From contig NC_092677.1 in NCBI RefSeq assembly GCF_964355755.1, positions 17,630,101 to 17,694,100 of the forward strand: 64,000 nt of DNA. The letters are read 5' to 3'. Positions 49,401 to 61,513 of the stretch are shown here, one piece after another. Source of the DNA: Antedon mediterranea (taxonomy: Eukaryota > Animalia > Echinodermata). Position numbers and translations under genes: made by a program. The notes under the pieces were generated by a model that saw only the letters and a program-made list of their open reading frames with translations, did not search any database and was not told the DNA's origin. Numbering within the stretch: position 1 is the first letter of the stretch; each line of letters starts with the position of its first letter.

Positions 49401-52400
49401 TATTACATTCCAAATCCTCAAAACCATGTCTCAATAAAATAGATGTAATAAAATACAGGACGGAATTAACTCTAAAATTGACATCTTTAGGCAAGGTAAT
49501 TAAGAGGTAAGGCATTTGAAAATGTACAATACTTATTTACATAATAATAACAACAATAATAATAATAATTCTATGAAATTCTTAAATTGAAAATATATAA
49601 TTTGAATATATATACAATAAACTTTATTATGAAATTAATTAGTGATAATAATCTAATAATATTACCATATTCAAATTCTAACATGGCAGTTACAAATACT
49701 AGTAGAGTTAAAGTCACTTAAATTAAAGTTGATTAGGTATTTATAAAATTAAAAAATAGTATTTAACTTTGTAATGTACAAGAATTATTATGCAGTAATC
49801 AGACTTTTTAGTTATATTTCAATGTACTTTTGGTTTTGTCAAAGTGAAATTTAAGATAAAAAATGGAAATAAACCTATTCTACCCCTCATTAAACAGTTC
49901 AAGATACTTTTAAAAACAAAGGTGAAAATAGTTTGCACTCTGTACCTATAAATCATTAACTCAAATTTAGTGCCAATACTGTTGGTCTAAGTCCTATACT
50001 ATGGGTGGCCATTAGGGCCAAAATAGACAAACGTTGCCGTACGAAAAATTCCGCTCCGGTAAGCCAAACAAATGGCGTTAAAGACATAATTCCTCGATTA
50101 GCAAACAAATATTGCCGTACGGACACACAAATTGCCGTATGAACACATTGTAGAAAGAACAAATTACCGTATGGTTAATTTGACGAATGGTTAAATTGTC
50201 GAAAGGACAAAATTTGGCGTAAGTACAAAAATTGCCGTAAGGACAAAATTGCCGAAAGGACAAATTAGCGTACAGTCTAACTAAATTTAAACGTTGAGGG
50301 CATCATGCAACCACTACGCAACAGGAAACGAAACATGAAACTTTTGATTGATTAGAGTCATCAACTCCGAGTATTGTTCAAATCAGAGTGGTTTTAGTCA
50401 GGTGGTTTTAAAATACTATGCTGTCCTCAACGTTTAAATTTAGTTTGACTGTACGCCAATTTTATCTATACGCCAATTTTTTTCCTTTCGGCAATTTAAC
50501 CATACGGCAATGTGTGTGTCCGTACGGCAATATTTGTTTTGTCAATTGAGAAATTATGTCTTTAACGCCAATAGTTTGGCTTACAGGAGCGGAGTTCGTA
50601 CGGCAACGTTTGTCTATTTTGGCCCTAATGGCCGCCCATACTATACAAATGCATTGAAATTGATTATGATTTAATGTACTTACTATATAAAACATAAGCA
50701 ATTTCAATACAAACAAACAACTTGATAAACCTTGAATGCTTTGAATATTATTACAGAGTACTGTATAGGGGGCCTATTTATAAAGTTTTGTGGAAAAAAT
50801 TTAGCCTCCATTAGGCAGTGAGATTATATTCGAGCACAGGACTTGCTCAGTCATACAAGGTACTGTATTATGTAACCACCAGAGTAGAAGGTACAAATTA
50901 CAATATTTTTCCTACACAAATATTCTGTACAAGGTTTAATACATACATATACATGATGTTCCACAGGAATAAACCCAATCCCAATTATTAATTTGGAGAC
51001 ACCCATGAAAAAAATTTGCTCTTAAAATTCCAGGAAGTACTGTACTATTAAATGTTCAACATATAATTAATTAAACACATTATCATAGCTAATTAAAGTA
51101 AAAGGTTCATTTTTTTTAAATAATTAATTTTACACATCCTAATTGGAAATAATCCTGTGATCTTGTCCTTTAACTGGATCTGATAACGATTCTAAAAAAC
51201 ACCAAGGAATTTCTGAAATTTGCCTTTCCGTTCTGTGACTCTTTCAGGTGCGTCTTGCTCTTCGATTTCATCGCATTCGTAGATCGCTGGGGATCATTGA
51301 AGGAGACAACGATAAGGACTCAAGAAACATGAAAATGATGTCATCAAAATAGTGGAGTGGTATAGGTAACAGGCTGAAAACACGGCAAAGCATTGTGGGA
51401 TGAATGAAAGGTGGGATAATGATGCAGGGAAAAAGGCACTGCAGGGTAAGGTATTCATGTTGACTATGCATTCAAATTTAAAGTATGTGAATCGTTAATC
51501 ATTCAAAATTATGAAAACTAATGGGTTCTTTTTTAAAATGTGGCATGCATATAATATGAAAAGCCAGTCTGGTATGCTGTACACTGCAATCTATTAGTTA
51601 CAATGACATGTTGAATTGTCACTCATACAGACAAATAACACATGTTACAATGGTATTTTTAGTTACAGTAAACTTAACATTAGCCATTGGTGGTGCTAGG
51701 AATGTTTAATATTTTCTTCCTTCTCTATACCTTTCTCTGTTCCCCTCTCAACCACCCCTAACACATCATCACTCCTACTAATAAATGTATACGATTAAAA
51801 TAAGAAATAAAATTATTAACAACAAATGGTTGCCACACTTTTATGGGGACATTTCTAAGATTATCACACCCTAGCTAGCGTCTAAGGTTATTTAGTTTAT
51901 GTTTCTTTACAAAATTAACTTCTTGGTTCAATTTAGGCATGCCTTCCATAAGCCCATCACATTATAATGATAAACGTTTAGGACTTGATGATTATTTAGA
52001 AAATCAAATTCCAAAATGTCTTGTATTACAAAATTCATCAAATTCAAAGACAGGTAAAAAAAGAATATATCCTCTTCCTAGCTGTGTAGAGGTACACTCA
52101 CCCAATCCCTGCTTGTATTCCTGGCCACATAGACAAATTAATATCACACCACTCACAGTTATATGTGTATAAATGTTTACCTATATGTTACAATTAAATA
52201 CACAAAATTTGAAATAAACACCCTACAAACTAATTGTTTGTTTATATAAAAAGATAATATGGTTATTATAATGATACTATTTTTCTACATTTTAAATATG
52301 TCAACACAGAAACATAAAAATAAAATTTCCTATCATGATTTTTAACAAATAGATGATTATGATCAAATATCAGTCACAGTAATTATAAAAAAAAGATTAT

Positions 52401-55400
52401 GATTTACAAATTTTACTATGATTTTTATGTCAAATGATTTATGTAAAATAAGTAGGTAGCCTACTACAGACAGATCTACTGAAAATGAAATATTAAAATA
52501 TGTGGCAGAAACTATATTGTTTGTATATTGTTTGAAATGATACAGTATTATTAAATGCACCATAACCACTCAAAAGGGTTTGAGTTTATATTTACAATTA
52601 TGATTCAATATTGAATGAAAACAATTAAATGTATAATAAATTCTAGATTTAAAATTATGATGGAAATTTATCAACAATGACAACAAAACTAAAAAACAAT
52701 CAACATATAAAATATATAAATATAAAGCAAAAAATCAACAACCATTCATATTCATTGTTAGAAAGTTAGTGGCCAATCAAAAAGCATAGCAGAGATTGAC
52801 CAATGAGATCATAGTATGTAGTTATGTTGATAACCAATCAGGTTAGTTTTTAATTCCTTATTATGGCCAATCACATGCATTTGTTTTTAACCAATCAAAG
52901 AAAGTCACTGAAGTTATTTCTTTATGGAAGGATTTTTTTATATTTTTTCTTTTTAAAATATTTATTATTTTGATGAATTAAAACAATAAATAAGGAAAGG
53001 AAGAATATTATATTGGTAATACCAGAATTTGTAGAAATAATAAATAAAATCACAAAAACCGAAATAACTTAGTGTTACAACTGTAGTAGTACAGTACTTT
53101 ATTTGTACCCATAGAAAACACAATTAACTTGTATTTGATGTTATATTATTTTATAGAACTTTTATAGAATGATCAGTTTAAGTACCCTTTTTTGAAAAAA
53201 AAAACTTAATAAAACAAAATGCAAACACATTTAAATTAAGCTAAAACTATAGTTATCCACCACATTCTAATGCAAACAACAGAATATTTTACAAGAAAAA
53301 CACACACAAGTCACAAGTATATTTACAGGTATTTATATTAACAATTTTAGATTTATTAGATGTGAAGAACATGATGAATACATAGGGTTATAATGGAGTA
53401 TCCATGCATTAGGTAGTACATAGGAACTAGAGATTGTTTACAACATTCAAGCAGGTTGCTAATTTACCAAAATACCGTACCCAGACTACAGTGGCATAAT
53501 GGATGATGAGGGGTGGGAAAAAAGAGTAAAATTAACACTGTTTTTAGAGGAGTGCACCATTTTACAAGGATGACATACATTTATATGCATTCCTTATAAA
53601 AATTGTGATACATTCTCCCTTGACCTTCTATCTCGATTTTATACGCATCTCGGTCAAGTGGTAACCCTCATCCCCCATACCACTATGCCACAATCTATAT
53701 AGAGCTCCAAAGTACCTGGGACATGCATGCACAAACTTCAATTTAATTCTAATGTGAAAGACAAATTTGATGAATTGATAAGACAGAAAAGAATACTATT
53801 ATACGACAAACGACCCAATAGTTTTAATGGTTATAATTTGGGAAAAACTAGTATTAAAATAATCAAACTTGATTTCAAATATTTCAAGAAATATCAAAAT
53901 GTATATATATCAAGATTTTATCTTATTGTAGATTAATGAATCAATTAAAAATCTATTTTGTGTATCAAAAATATAAAGTTTAATATATACAACATATTAA
54001 AATAAATTGTACAAATTAGAAGTTTCTTTAAAAATAGTACCTGTTTGATAACAACTATTGAATACTTTGGTTTTATTAAAATATTTTATCAAATTCAGAG
54101 ATTGGTAGCAGTTCAGAACCAAAAAATATTTGAGATAAATTTTTTTTTAAATACCCTGCACTTAGAAGCATTGTATCAAAAATGTAATCATTTCAATTAA
54201 CAGTAATTAGTAATTCTTAATTATTAATCAAGTAAACAATTTGAAGTAAAGCAAAGTTGTTACTGTAATTTGTTGGAAATGTGAAAAATGACATTAAAAG
54301 TATAGATTTAGTTTTAATTTAAAAAAAAATTAGTATTAATAATACATCACCTTTCCATCTGTATATTCCCTGTAGTTTTCTCTCTTTTTATCCATTCATA
54401 AGTAAGAATTGAAACAGGCTGAGCAATTGCTAAAAACACCATAGCATGCAACATAGAACAGAGACTACCTCTATAATAGTAGTGTTGCAATACCAAAAAA
54501 CCAATGCAATTAGTAAAGCCTGATTTACATAGAAAATTTACATTCAAATAAACAGTTTTACTCTAATATATTAAATGTTGAGTGGTACAAATTGCTGTCA
54601 CATCTTTGAGACATTTGTTCAGATCGTGTTTCAGATCTGATGTATACTTTTTTATTTCAAACATCAATCAAGTTCTTTTTTTCTTTCTCTTTAAGTTCAA
54701 TTAAATAAGAGACACACGGCAGTCCCAGTGTTATAGGGCCTATAGTCAGTACACTGACAAAAATGATCCTCCTTAATCTTTCCAAAGTTGTTTGTCATGC
54801 ACATAGTAGGTACATGGGAGTAATGGTTTTATGTCCAATCTGAGGACATGGGAATAAAGCATCTTACCTTAAGCTCTGTCTACACTATCAAACTTTATGC
54901 GCAATATGCCCATGGACACAATGACGTCATATCACTACCATATTTGGGCACATCACACTTTTTTGTCAAACTAGTATGATAGTGTAGACAGAGCTTAAAG
55001 GATACAATATGGCACAGACAGGTCTCGAAATAGCTCATGCCTCTCAAATGCCAGTCCAATTCAAATCACAAAATTATGGTAGGCACTGCACTATGGCTGC
55101 CGTGGATCCGTAGAGGGCCTAATACAAATTATTCAGCAGTATTAATATAATAATATCAATATAATATTTTAACTAGTAATTAAATAATTTGAGGAAAGTA
55201 CAAATGATTTACGTAAACCAGGCTTTATATTCTTATTAGTTTACAGTGAGACATTGTAAGATAAAAATGTTTTTTATCATACGAAATCTTAATGTATTAT
55301 AAGTTACATAAAGTGAAAATAAGCAGTGAATAATGACATTTCTCAGACAACGGGAAACAAAATCAATCAAACCTCCGCCACAAAATACTAAACAACTTTT

Positions 55401-58400
55401 TCAAATCGATGTAGATGCACCGAAATATTTAATATTAAATCTGTCACCGATAGATATATTATTTTATCACCTCTTCAATGAGGGCTCTATTGACACATTT
55501 AATTTTTGATGTCGGTGTGAAAACTGTTTTTGGTACATTTTTGTGACATATTGCTTTCGGGGACTATCCGTCAACCGGAATGAAATCCGTGACACTATCA
55601 TAAAGGAAGTGGCAAATGGGCACTGTCTGAAAGATGTGCACTGATTCAGTTGCAAGTCAAAAAAATGTCAAGATACACAGGCTTCAGTTAACAAAACATG
55701 ATATTAAAGGCAAGCATTAAGTGTAGCAAGGAATAAGGTTGACAAAATTGCTGTTAAAAGCAGACAAAATATTACAAAGTCGTTTTAAAAAAGCGAAGAA
55801 AAAAAGAACAATATTCCCACAAACTGAGAGGACCTAGGACACACAGAGCTTTCAATATAATTTTAATTTTCTGTAGACAAAATAGAATATTAAATGTTTA
55901 TTTTCTTTTATCAACTAATTATTTGAATTTCTTAACCATATGCCTTTCTAATGTTAAAGGATAGTTTTTGTGCAATTCCAATGTTCTGTTCTCTTTAAAA
56001 AAAAAAACAACTATTTTCTACGCCTTGTTTTATTTTTTTTTTTGTCTGTCATGGCCCAAACAAGTTACATTAGTTTTTAAATTTTTGAAGAAAGCTATTT
56101 TTTGTATTCATATCTAAATCAAAGCATTTATTTTTACACATTTCTATTTTAAAAATGGTAATATATTTATATAATACTGTAAATAATTTCAAACTCAAAA
56201 TCAAATAATTATTTACAAAGAATATTATAAATATTATATATTAAATTATATTATATTTATTATTATTATTAGATTATATCTGTACTATTACTTTAAAGCA
56301 TAAACTGAAAGAAAACACTTTCTTAAAATTTAAGGACAATTAATATTAAAATTATTTTAATTATTGCATATGTATTTTAAAAATGAATATACATTATTTC
56401 ACATTTTGAACGAATAATTGTCGTTCCACCATACGATTCTTTTTTTTATTTTGAAACTCAAAAAGAAAATTTGTTTCATATGAATTCAAGTATTTTTTAT
56501 TTCTAATAAAAAATTAGTTTCTTTACTTTGTTACGTAAACATTTGAATATTACTTCACAGGTTTTGTTTTACATTATTCTATTTTTAAAATTTAATTTTA
56601 AACACCTGTCCACAAGTAATTACTGTGTTGTTGAATAAAATGTTAAAATTAAACAAGTTAATAGCAATTTATTGTTTAAACATTTCTGAAATTGTCTTTT
56701 GTTTTTATGTCTTATTTTGTTCATTTTGTAAACTTTTTTATTTATTCAGAAATGACAGGCTCCATTGGAAATTTAAACATTCGCGGACTTTTCATACTGT
56801 TTTGACGTTTGGTTACACGGAATGAAAGCCGGTTTAATGCTCTTGTGAATGTGCTAGATCCTCCCGGTGTGGTGGGTACTGGTGTTACTGCCCCCATATC
56901 CACCTTATCATCTACCCTACTGTATTGTGATTTCTTACGTTGTAAATACGTTTGTTCAGTGTCCGCCAAATACTGGTGCGGCCGCTTCCCACTGTAGTCA
57001 CGAATGTTTACATCTGCTTCTGTAGAAAGAATGTCCGTCAATGATTATTATTTTCTATAGATTACATGGATTCACCTATATGCAATATATTATATACTTA
57101 TACTACAAAACTTTCATGTTATTTATGTTGTTGCATAATACTTTATTATTTTTGTTTCATTATCCCTATAATACTGCATAATGTTAGTTGACATGTTGCG
57201 CACCATACCCTGCAATTATGATAAGCAAACATCATACTTACGATATTCTTGAGTTAAGAATTGCATGACTGTCTCCCTGTTATACATTGCTGCTATATGT
57301 AATGGTGTATAGCCCTGGAAAAAAAGATTTAACACTCCAATAACAGTTGTCTCTGTAAGTAAGGACTATTTTTGGTTTAGTAAATTTTGGGATCCCATTT
57401 ATGGGATCTGGGCTTAACTACAATGATGTCAACCAAAGATGTACAGAATGAGACTTTTGTTTTAACAGCTACTGGTACATGGAACCTGTGTTTTATTCTT
57501 TAAAACATTTTGGTCTCACTGGTCTTCATTTAATTAAATACTATGCGGGAATTATTTATTTATTATTATTATTAATATTTTGAATATGAAAAACCCCATA
57601 AAAAGGTCCTAAAATCGGTTTTACTGCTTCTTTGTCATAGTTCACTAGATTCTTATGAAAAAATATCTATTTTAAACACAATTAAAGCATTTATGCCCTA
57701 AGGGAATTTAAATAAAATTGGAAATTAAAATTATTAAAATGGTCAAACAAGAGGAAAATGAAAAGTGGTATCTGAGAGGGTCGGTTGCCAGATAGGAAGA
57801 CCTGACCCAGAAAATCAAGGGGTAAAACCAAGTGGACACTAAAACCAGTCAAGGCTGCTGTTGAAAAAGAAATTAATTGTCACAACATAGTTAGTTGATG
57901 TCACTCGTTTAATATTCATTGACAACACCTATTACTCCAGTTCTTTATTGGCTTATCTGATTAGTGGATGATCTGTCAGTGAGTGCTCCCAAATTGGAAA
58001 TTATGTTTGACGATAACCATATGAACGATCGATTGTTTATAACTCACTCTTGGCCTATTCAATTTTACTAATATGTTTTTTATCATACTATATAGTGGTT
58101 TGTATATATTATAGAAATCTTATTCTGAAACATCACTGCCAATACCACATATGATTTTTGTTATTCAATGATAAAAATAAAATTAGGTAATCTTCAATGA
58201 TCATCTATTGTTATTGAACATCGTTTTTAAAATTAATTCTTTCTGTAAAAATTCTTTTATGCTAATGATTATCAATTATCATGTATCCTAGTATAGCTTT
58301 AAAATACTAAAAGATTGATGAAAAGATAATACACTTACCGCATGCTAAATCCCCAAAAAATTGAGTGAACATGAAAAAAACAAAGAAAAAGAATTGTGTT

Positions 58401-58988
58401 AAAAAATAACATGGATATGTGTACTGTAATAGTATTCTAATATTGGCACATATTTTTTGCAATTTATGTATTTTTCTTTGTAGTTTTTCTTTAAAGTTGT
58501 ACTGTCCCCAAAAACATGAAAAATGAAGATTAATAAAAAAAAAAGACTTTGAATAGGCCATTTGGCAGTTTTAATAAAGTAAATAATTGTTTTTTCCAAT
58601 CCAATTTTTGGTAAATAACTATTTTGGTACATAACAAATTATTTACCTGAATAAATTTTAATTTAAAGCAGAAAAATAGTCTAATTGGATTTAAAAGTTT
58701 TTTCTGCATAAGTGATTAACATTATTTAAACTACATGGGCTATTCAAAATCTGGTTTTATTAATCTTTCTTTTTTGGGGAGAACAATAAAACTGCAAAGC
58801 AAAATGAATTTGTGAACCAATAAAATTTCTTGAATCTTTTTATATCATTATAATTAATACTGAGGTTACTAATTGCACAATGATTGATGTGAACATTTTA
58901 CCGATCTTGTGTTGATATCCAATCCTGTGTTAGCAACTAATCGAATCATTTCTTTGCGTCCATGTTTAGCACCCCAATGCATTGCCGT
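33815..58988 (-). CDS. SOWAH-family ankyrin-repeat protein, 5'-partial; long isoform of 8 exons (690 nt spliced)
   Basis: Spliced product TAMHWGAKHGRKEMIRLV...DINTRS-HA-GYTPLHIAAMY...ADVNIRDYSGKRPHQYL has ankyrin repeats followed by the RDYSGK-x-P-x-QY motif recalled from SOWAH (sosondowah) proteins. All junctions are GT-AG and in phase. Confidence 0.85.
34812..34870 (-). CDS. SOWAH-like exon (LMPPPAVPSTIKMAKNSFAG)
   Basis: atatag|TTA...GG|gtacgc; phase 0 to 2 bridges the flanking exons exactly. Confidence 0.75.
35389..35672 (-). CDS. SOWAH-like exon (VLPNIKIGHLEK...FGSLRASFRALRTWGSTESIP...ETDRQ)
   Basis: tcacag|GT...CAA|gtaggt; Ser/basic low-complexity tail. Confidence 0.8.
38221..39252 (+). 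pseudogene. LINE ORF2 apurinic-endonuclease region
   Basis: ORF 38221-39102 with NSRSL, SETW, YRSP, GDFN, IDNIF and DHFP motifs. Confidence 0.9.
39253..40885 (+). mobile_element. Nested L2-clade LINE with internal deletion
   Basis: EN fragment (LTETW, YRPP, GDFN) fused to RT C-half (DLSAAFDTVDH, GVPQGS, YADD, LKTHLF*); 3' AGCGCT...GCGCTATATAAAT + (GATT)n; ACTTC TSD. Confidence 0.92.
40891..42310 (+). pseudogene. Host LINE ORF2 reverse-transcriptase region
   Basis: Resumes the host frame after the nested L2; KSPGLD, NYRSI, QYGFR, FADDSN motifs. Confidence 0.9.
42311..43329. mobile_element. Truncated DNA-transposon-like fragment inside the LINE
   Basis: Non-LINE sequence with a degenerate ~350-bp internal duplication, ending CACTG|TA (Tc1/mariner-like end). 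Confidence 0.4.
44825..44848 (-). CDS. 24-nt microexon (YFKDPST) of the SOWAH-like gene
   Basis: ttttcttttag|ACTATTTCAAAGACCCTTCCACAG|gtaagt; symmetric phase 1-1. Confidence 0.7.
46046..46335. mobile_element. Foldback element/MITE with perfect 65-bp inverted arms, inserted in (TA)n
   Basis: 46046-46110 is the exact reverse complement of 46271-46335. Confidence 0.85.
46152..46223 (+). tRNA. tRNA-like gene (tRNA-Pro scaffold, anticodon TGT), probably pseudo or element-borne
   Basis: 72-nt cloverleaf GGCTCTG/CAGAGAC, A box TGGTCTAGTGG, anticodon stem CTCGC/GCGAG, B box GGTTCGAATCC, followed by T6. Mismatches in acceptor and T stems; C at position 33. Confidence 0.65.
46506..46548 (-). ncRNA. 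Type I hammerhead ribozyme motif (family B)
   Basis: Minus strand GTCTAT-CTGAAGA-TCGT(TTA)ACGT-GAAA-CAC(C)GTG-TA/ATAGAC; 6-bp stem I. Confidence 0.75.
48079..48190. repeat. Imperfect (TA)n microsatellite
   Basis: Direct inspection; other (TA)n tracts near 31860, 45985 and 46336-46415. Confidence 0.95.
48255..48291 (+). ncRNA. Minimal hammerhead motif (family C)
   Basis: GCA-CTGATGA-A-GGGC(TAGTGTT)GCCC-GAAA-GC-TC/TGC; palindromic AGCT stem III as in Penelope-type minimal hammerheads. Confidence 0.7.
48486..48524 (-). ncRNA. Minimal hammerhead motif (family D)
   Basis: Minus strand TTCAC-CTGATGA-T-GGGC(TAT)GCCC-GAAA-CATG-TC/GTAAA. Confidence 0.65.
48579..48623 (+). ncRNA. Type I hammerhead ribozyme motif (family A, identical to 31889-31933)
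   Basis: Same core and stems, followed by (TA)n. Confidence 0.85.
48668..48703 (+). ncRNA. Mutated hammerhead motif (family C copy)
   Basis: CGGATGA instead of CTGATGA and a 1-nt deletion in stem II; part of a ~160-bp repeat of 48255-48420. Confidence 0.5.
49055..49167 (-). CDS. Candidate alternative last exon (QIRSSYKKLATQWHKHVEDDIPHQNYRHTVMLASIAE*)
   Basis: ttcttcttgctacgccctctag|AA; phase 1; 37 further codons including the stop. Confidence 0.5.
50000..50640. mobile_element. Non-autonomous IS3EU-like element with long TIRs
   Basis: TATGG...CCATA termini, 6-bp TSD CTATAC, long imperfect inverted arms. Confidence 0.75.
51192..51286 (-). CDS. Candidate alternative last exon (PIYECDEIEEQDAPERVTERKGKFQKFLGVF*)
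   Basis: Pyrimidine-rich tract...ccccag|CG; phase 1 matches the 56939 donor; GC-richer than its flanks. Confidence 0.5.
54872..54995. mobile_element. Palindromic PIF/Harbinger-like MITE
   Basis: TIR AGCTCTGTCTACACTATCA / TGATAGTGTAGACAGAGCT, TTA/TAA flanks; decayed relative at ~3586-3670. Confidence 0.75.
56939..57019 (-). CDS. SOWAH-like exon (ADVNIRDYSGKRPHQYLADTEQTYLQ)
   Basis: ctacag|AA...C|gtaaga; read-through continues in frame to a stop at 56742. Confidence 0.9.
57242..57314 (-). CDS. SOWAH-like exon (GYTPLHIAAMYNRETVMQFLTQEY)
   Basis: ttccag|GGC...C|gtaagt. Confidence 0.92.
58339..58344 (-). CDS. 6-nt microexon (His-Ala) of the SOWAH-like gene
   Basis: T-rich tract...gatttag|CATGCG|gtaagt; restores ankyrin spacing N-x-x-S-x-x-G-x-TPLH. 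Confidence 0.7.
58902..58988 (-). CDS. SOWAH-like exon (TAMHWGAKHGRKEMIRLVANTGLDINTRS)
   Basis: ttatcag|ACG...TCG|gtaaaa; ankyrin repeat. Confidence 0.9.
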
Positions 58989-60210
58989 CTGATAAAAAAA
59001 AAGATAAAAAAGAAATTGTTAAAAAAATGTAATTATGACAAAATATATTTCTGGTCTAAACCACTGATAAATTTAAAATACCATTCGAATGAATGAATGA
59101 GGAGCATTTATTCCAGGGAGGCCTTTATTCAAGTAATATGGTAACATGTATAATCAAATAAATTCTTCTTAGATAGGAAAAAAAAAAGAACAAAATTAAT
59201 ATCAAGAAGTGACACATACAGTAAAATTACATACAAAAAGATGTTTAGAGTTAACTTTTTAGCTACTTGCAATATTTATTATTTTACAAATGGACATATG
59301 CAATATAAATTATGGAATCATTAAAAAGACCATCACAATGACATGCACTGGGTGGTGTGTAAACATCAACTGGACTGCTAAACTATCGTTCTCATGTTGG
59401 TATATCACAAGAGTTAATAGTAAACAAAAATCTTGGAGTGAAACTAACAATTTCTTTTTATTTGGCCTGTTACCATAAAACCAGTAAACAAAAATAGTTT
59501 GAACTCTTTTCTAATAACTTTGATGACATTTTTGGTGATAACGTTGATGCATCACAAACTGTCAGTCAGTTATCATCAAGGGGTCATCAAGTTTATCTCA
59601 ACCAGCTGCTTGAACATACTCACTATATGTTATATTTGTAATTTGAAAGGGCAGAAAACAATAAAAAGTATATTTTAATCATTGTACAAGCGTTATAATA
59701 CCTGAACAAAAAGTTCATAAAGTCTAGATAAAGGTAAACTATGGGCGGCCATTAGGGCCAAAATAGACAAACGTTGCCGTACGAACAATTCCGCTCCCGT
59801 AAGGCAAACTAATGGCGTTAAAGACATAATTCCTCGAGTGACAAACAAATATTGCCGTACGGACACACAAACACATTGCCATATGAACAAATTGCCGTAT
59901 GGTTAAATTGGCGTAAGGACAAAAATTGGCGTAAGGACAAAAATTGGCGTAAGGACAAAAATTGGCGTAAGGACAAAAATTGCCGAAAGGACAAAATTGC
60001 CGAAAGGACAAAAATTGGCGTAAGGACAAATTGGCGTACAGTCTAACTAAATATAAACGTTGAGGGCAGCATAGTATTTTAAAACCACGTGACTGAAACC
60101 ACTCTGTGTCCAGTCCTGCCAGGTATATAAAATATACCAAATTGACTATTGAGAATTCTCAACTATTACCACAGTACGACTGTACGACGAAGTCTACTGG
60201 TATATTCGGA

Positions 60211-60756
60211 TATTGTCCCTTGAAACACAAAAAAATGAAGGTCAAAATATTCTAAATTTAAAGTGGCCATATCAAAGTAATATTAAAGTTATTCACTTTA
60301 AGTCGAAAATTTAAGCCAAAAACAACAAGTTTACGTAATTAACAGGTAAATTAGTTTGATTACATTTCATCTGGAAAATCGTCACGAGCGAAAGTAAACA
60401 AAGATTTCAAACCATGAGTACGCGCATTATGCATATGCTAAATTAGGATTGTTTACAACTCGTCACGGTTAAGAAGGTATTTTCACACAGATCATGAGGA
60501 AGTTTTATGATTATGCATACAGAGTAGCCAAACAAGCGCATTTCATTATGGGATATGTTTGGATTGAAAACTTTGACTGGAAGTCAAAGTTATTTTTTTA
60601 ACAAAAAAACGTCTGTATTTCAGTAAAATATTATTTTTTTTTGAAAAATTTTTGGTGATAGTTAATAACTATTATGATACTTCAAAATGACCCACCTTTT
60701 TTCGAAATCTTTTTTTTTTTTTTTTTTTTGGAATTAGTCAAAGGGACAATACATCT
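60211..60756. mobile_element. Kolobok-like MITE nested in the IS3EU-like element
   Basis: Reverse copy of 19368-19892; ends GGGACAATACATCT|TTAA. Confidence 0.75.
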
Positions 60757-61011
60757 TTAAGGGGTTCATTCATTTAATTACTGAATTCTGATTGGCATGG
60801 TAGTAGGCCCTAAAGGAAATTTACTGGAATCCTATTGGATGGTAAGGTGGTAGTAGGACCATGTCCATCCCATTGCAGTAATAAATAAAGTTGAGTTGAG
60901 CCACCTGCGACCATTACAATGTCCTACCATGCTAATGTAGGAGTGGGGAAATGTTATGCTTACTACTGTTTCTTTTAATAATTTAGTACAATTATTAAGA
61001 ATAAAGAATAC

Positions 61012-61513
61012 ACTTAACAATATAACAAATAACATTAATGTACGATGTAGTTTAACACTGTTCTCAACTATAGTCATTTTGGTATACTTGAGCACAGTGA
61101 TAAAGAATAGGATAAACTTAATAAAATACAACAAATAAAATTAATGTACGATCCCGTTTAACACTGTTCTCAACTATAGTCATTTTGGTATACTTGAGCA
61201 CAGTGATAAAGAATAGGATAAACTTAACAATATACAACAAATAAAATTAATGTACGATCCCGTTTAACACTGTTCTCAACTATAGTCATTTTGGTCTACT
61301 TGAGCACAGTGATAAAGAATAGGATAAACTTAATAAAATACAACAAATAACATTAATGTACGATCCCGTTTAACACTGTTCTCAACTTTAGTCATTATGG
61401 TATAATTGAGAACAGTGATAAAGAATAGGATAAACTTAACAATATACAACAAATAACATTAATGTACGATCCCGTTTAACACTGTTCTCAACTATAGTCA
61501 TTTTGGTATACTT
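61012..61513. repeat. 106-bp tandem repeat x ~4.7
   Basis: TTAATGTACG recurs at 61035, 61141, 61247, 61353 and 61459. Confidence 0.92.

Noticed and set aside
54347-54369. Possible small SOWAH exon (cag|GGAATATACAGATGGAAAG|gtgat)
   Set aside because: Purine-rich, poor acceptor tract; no independent support
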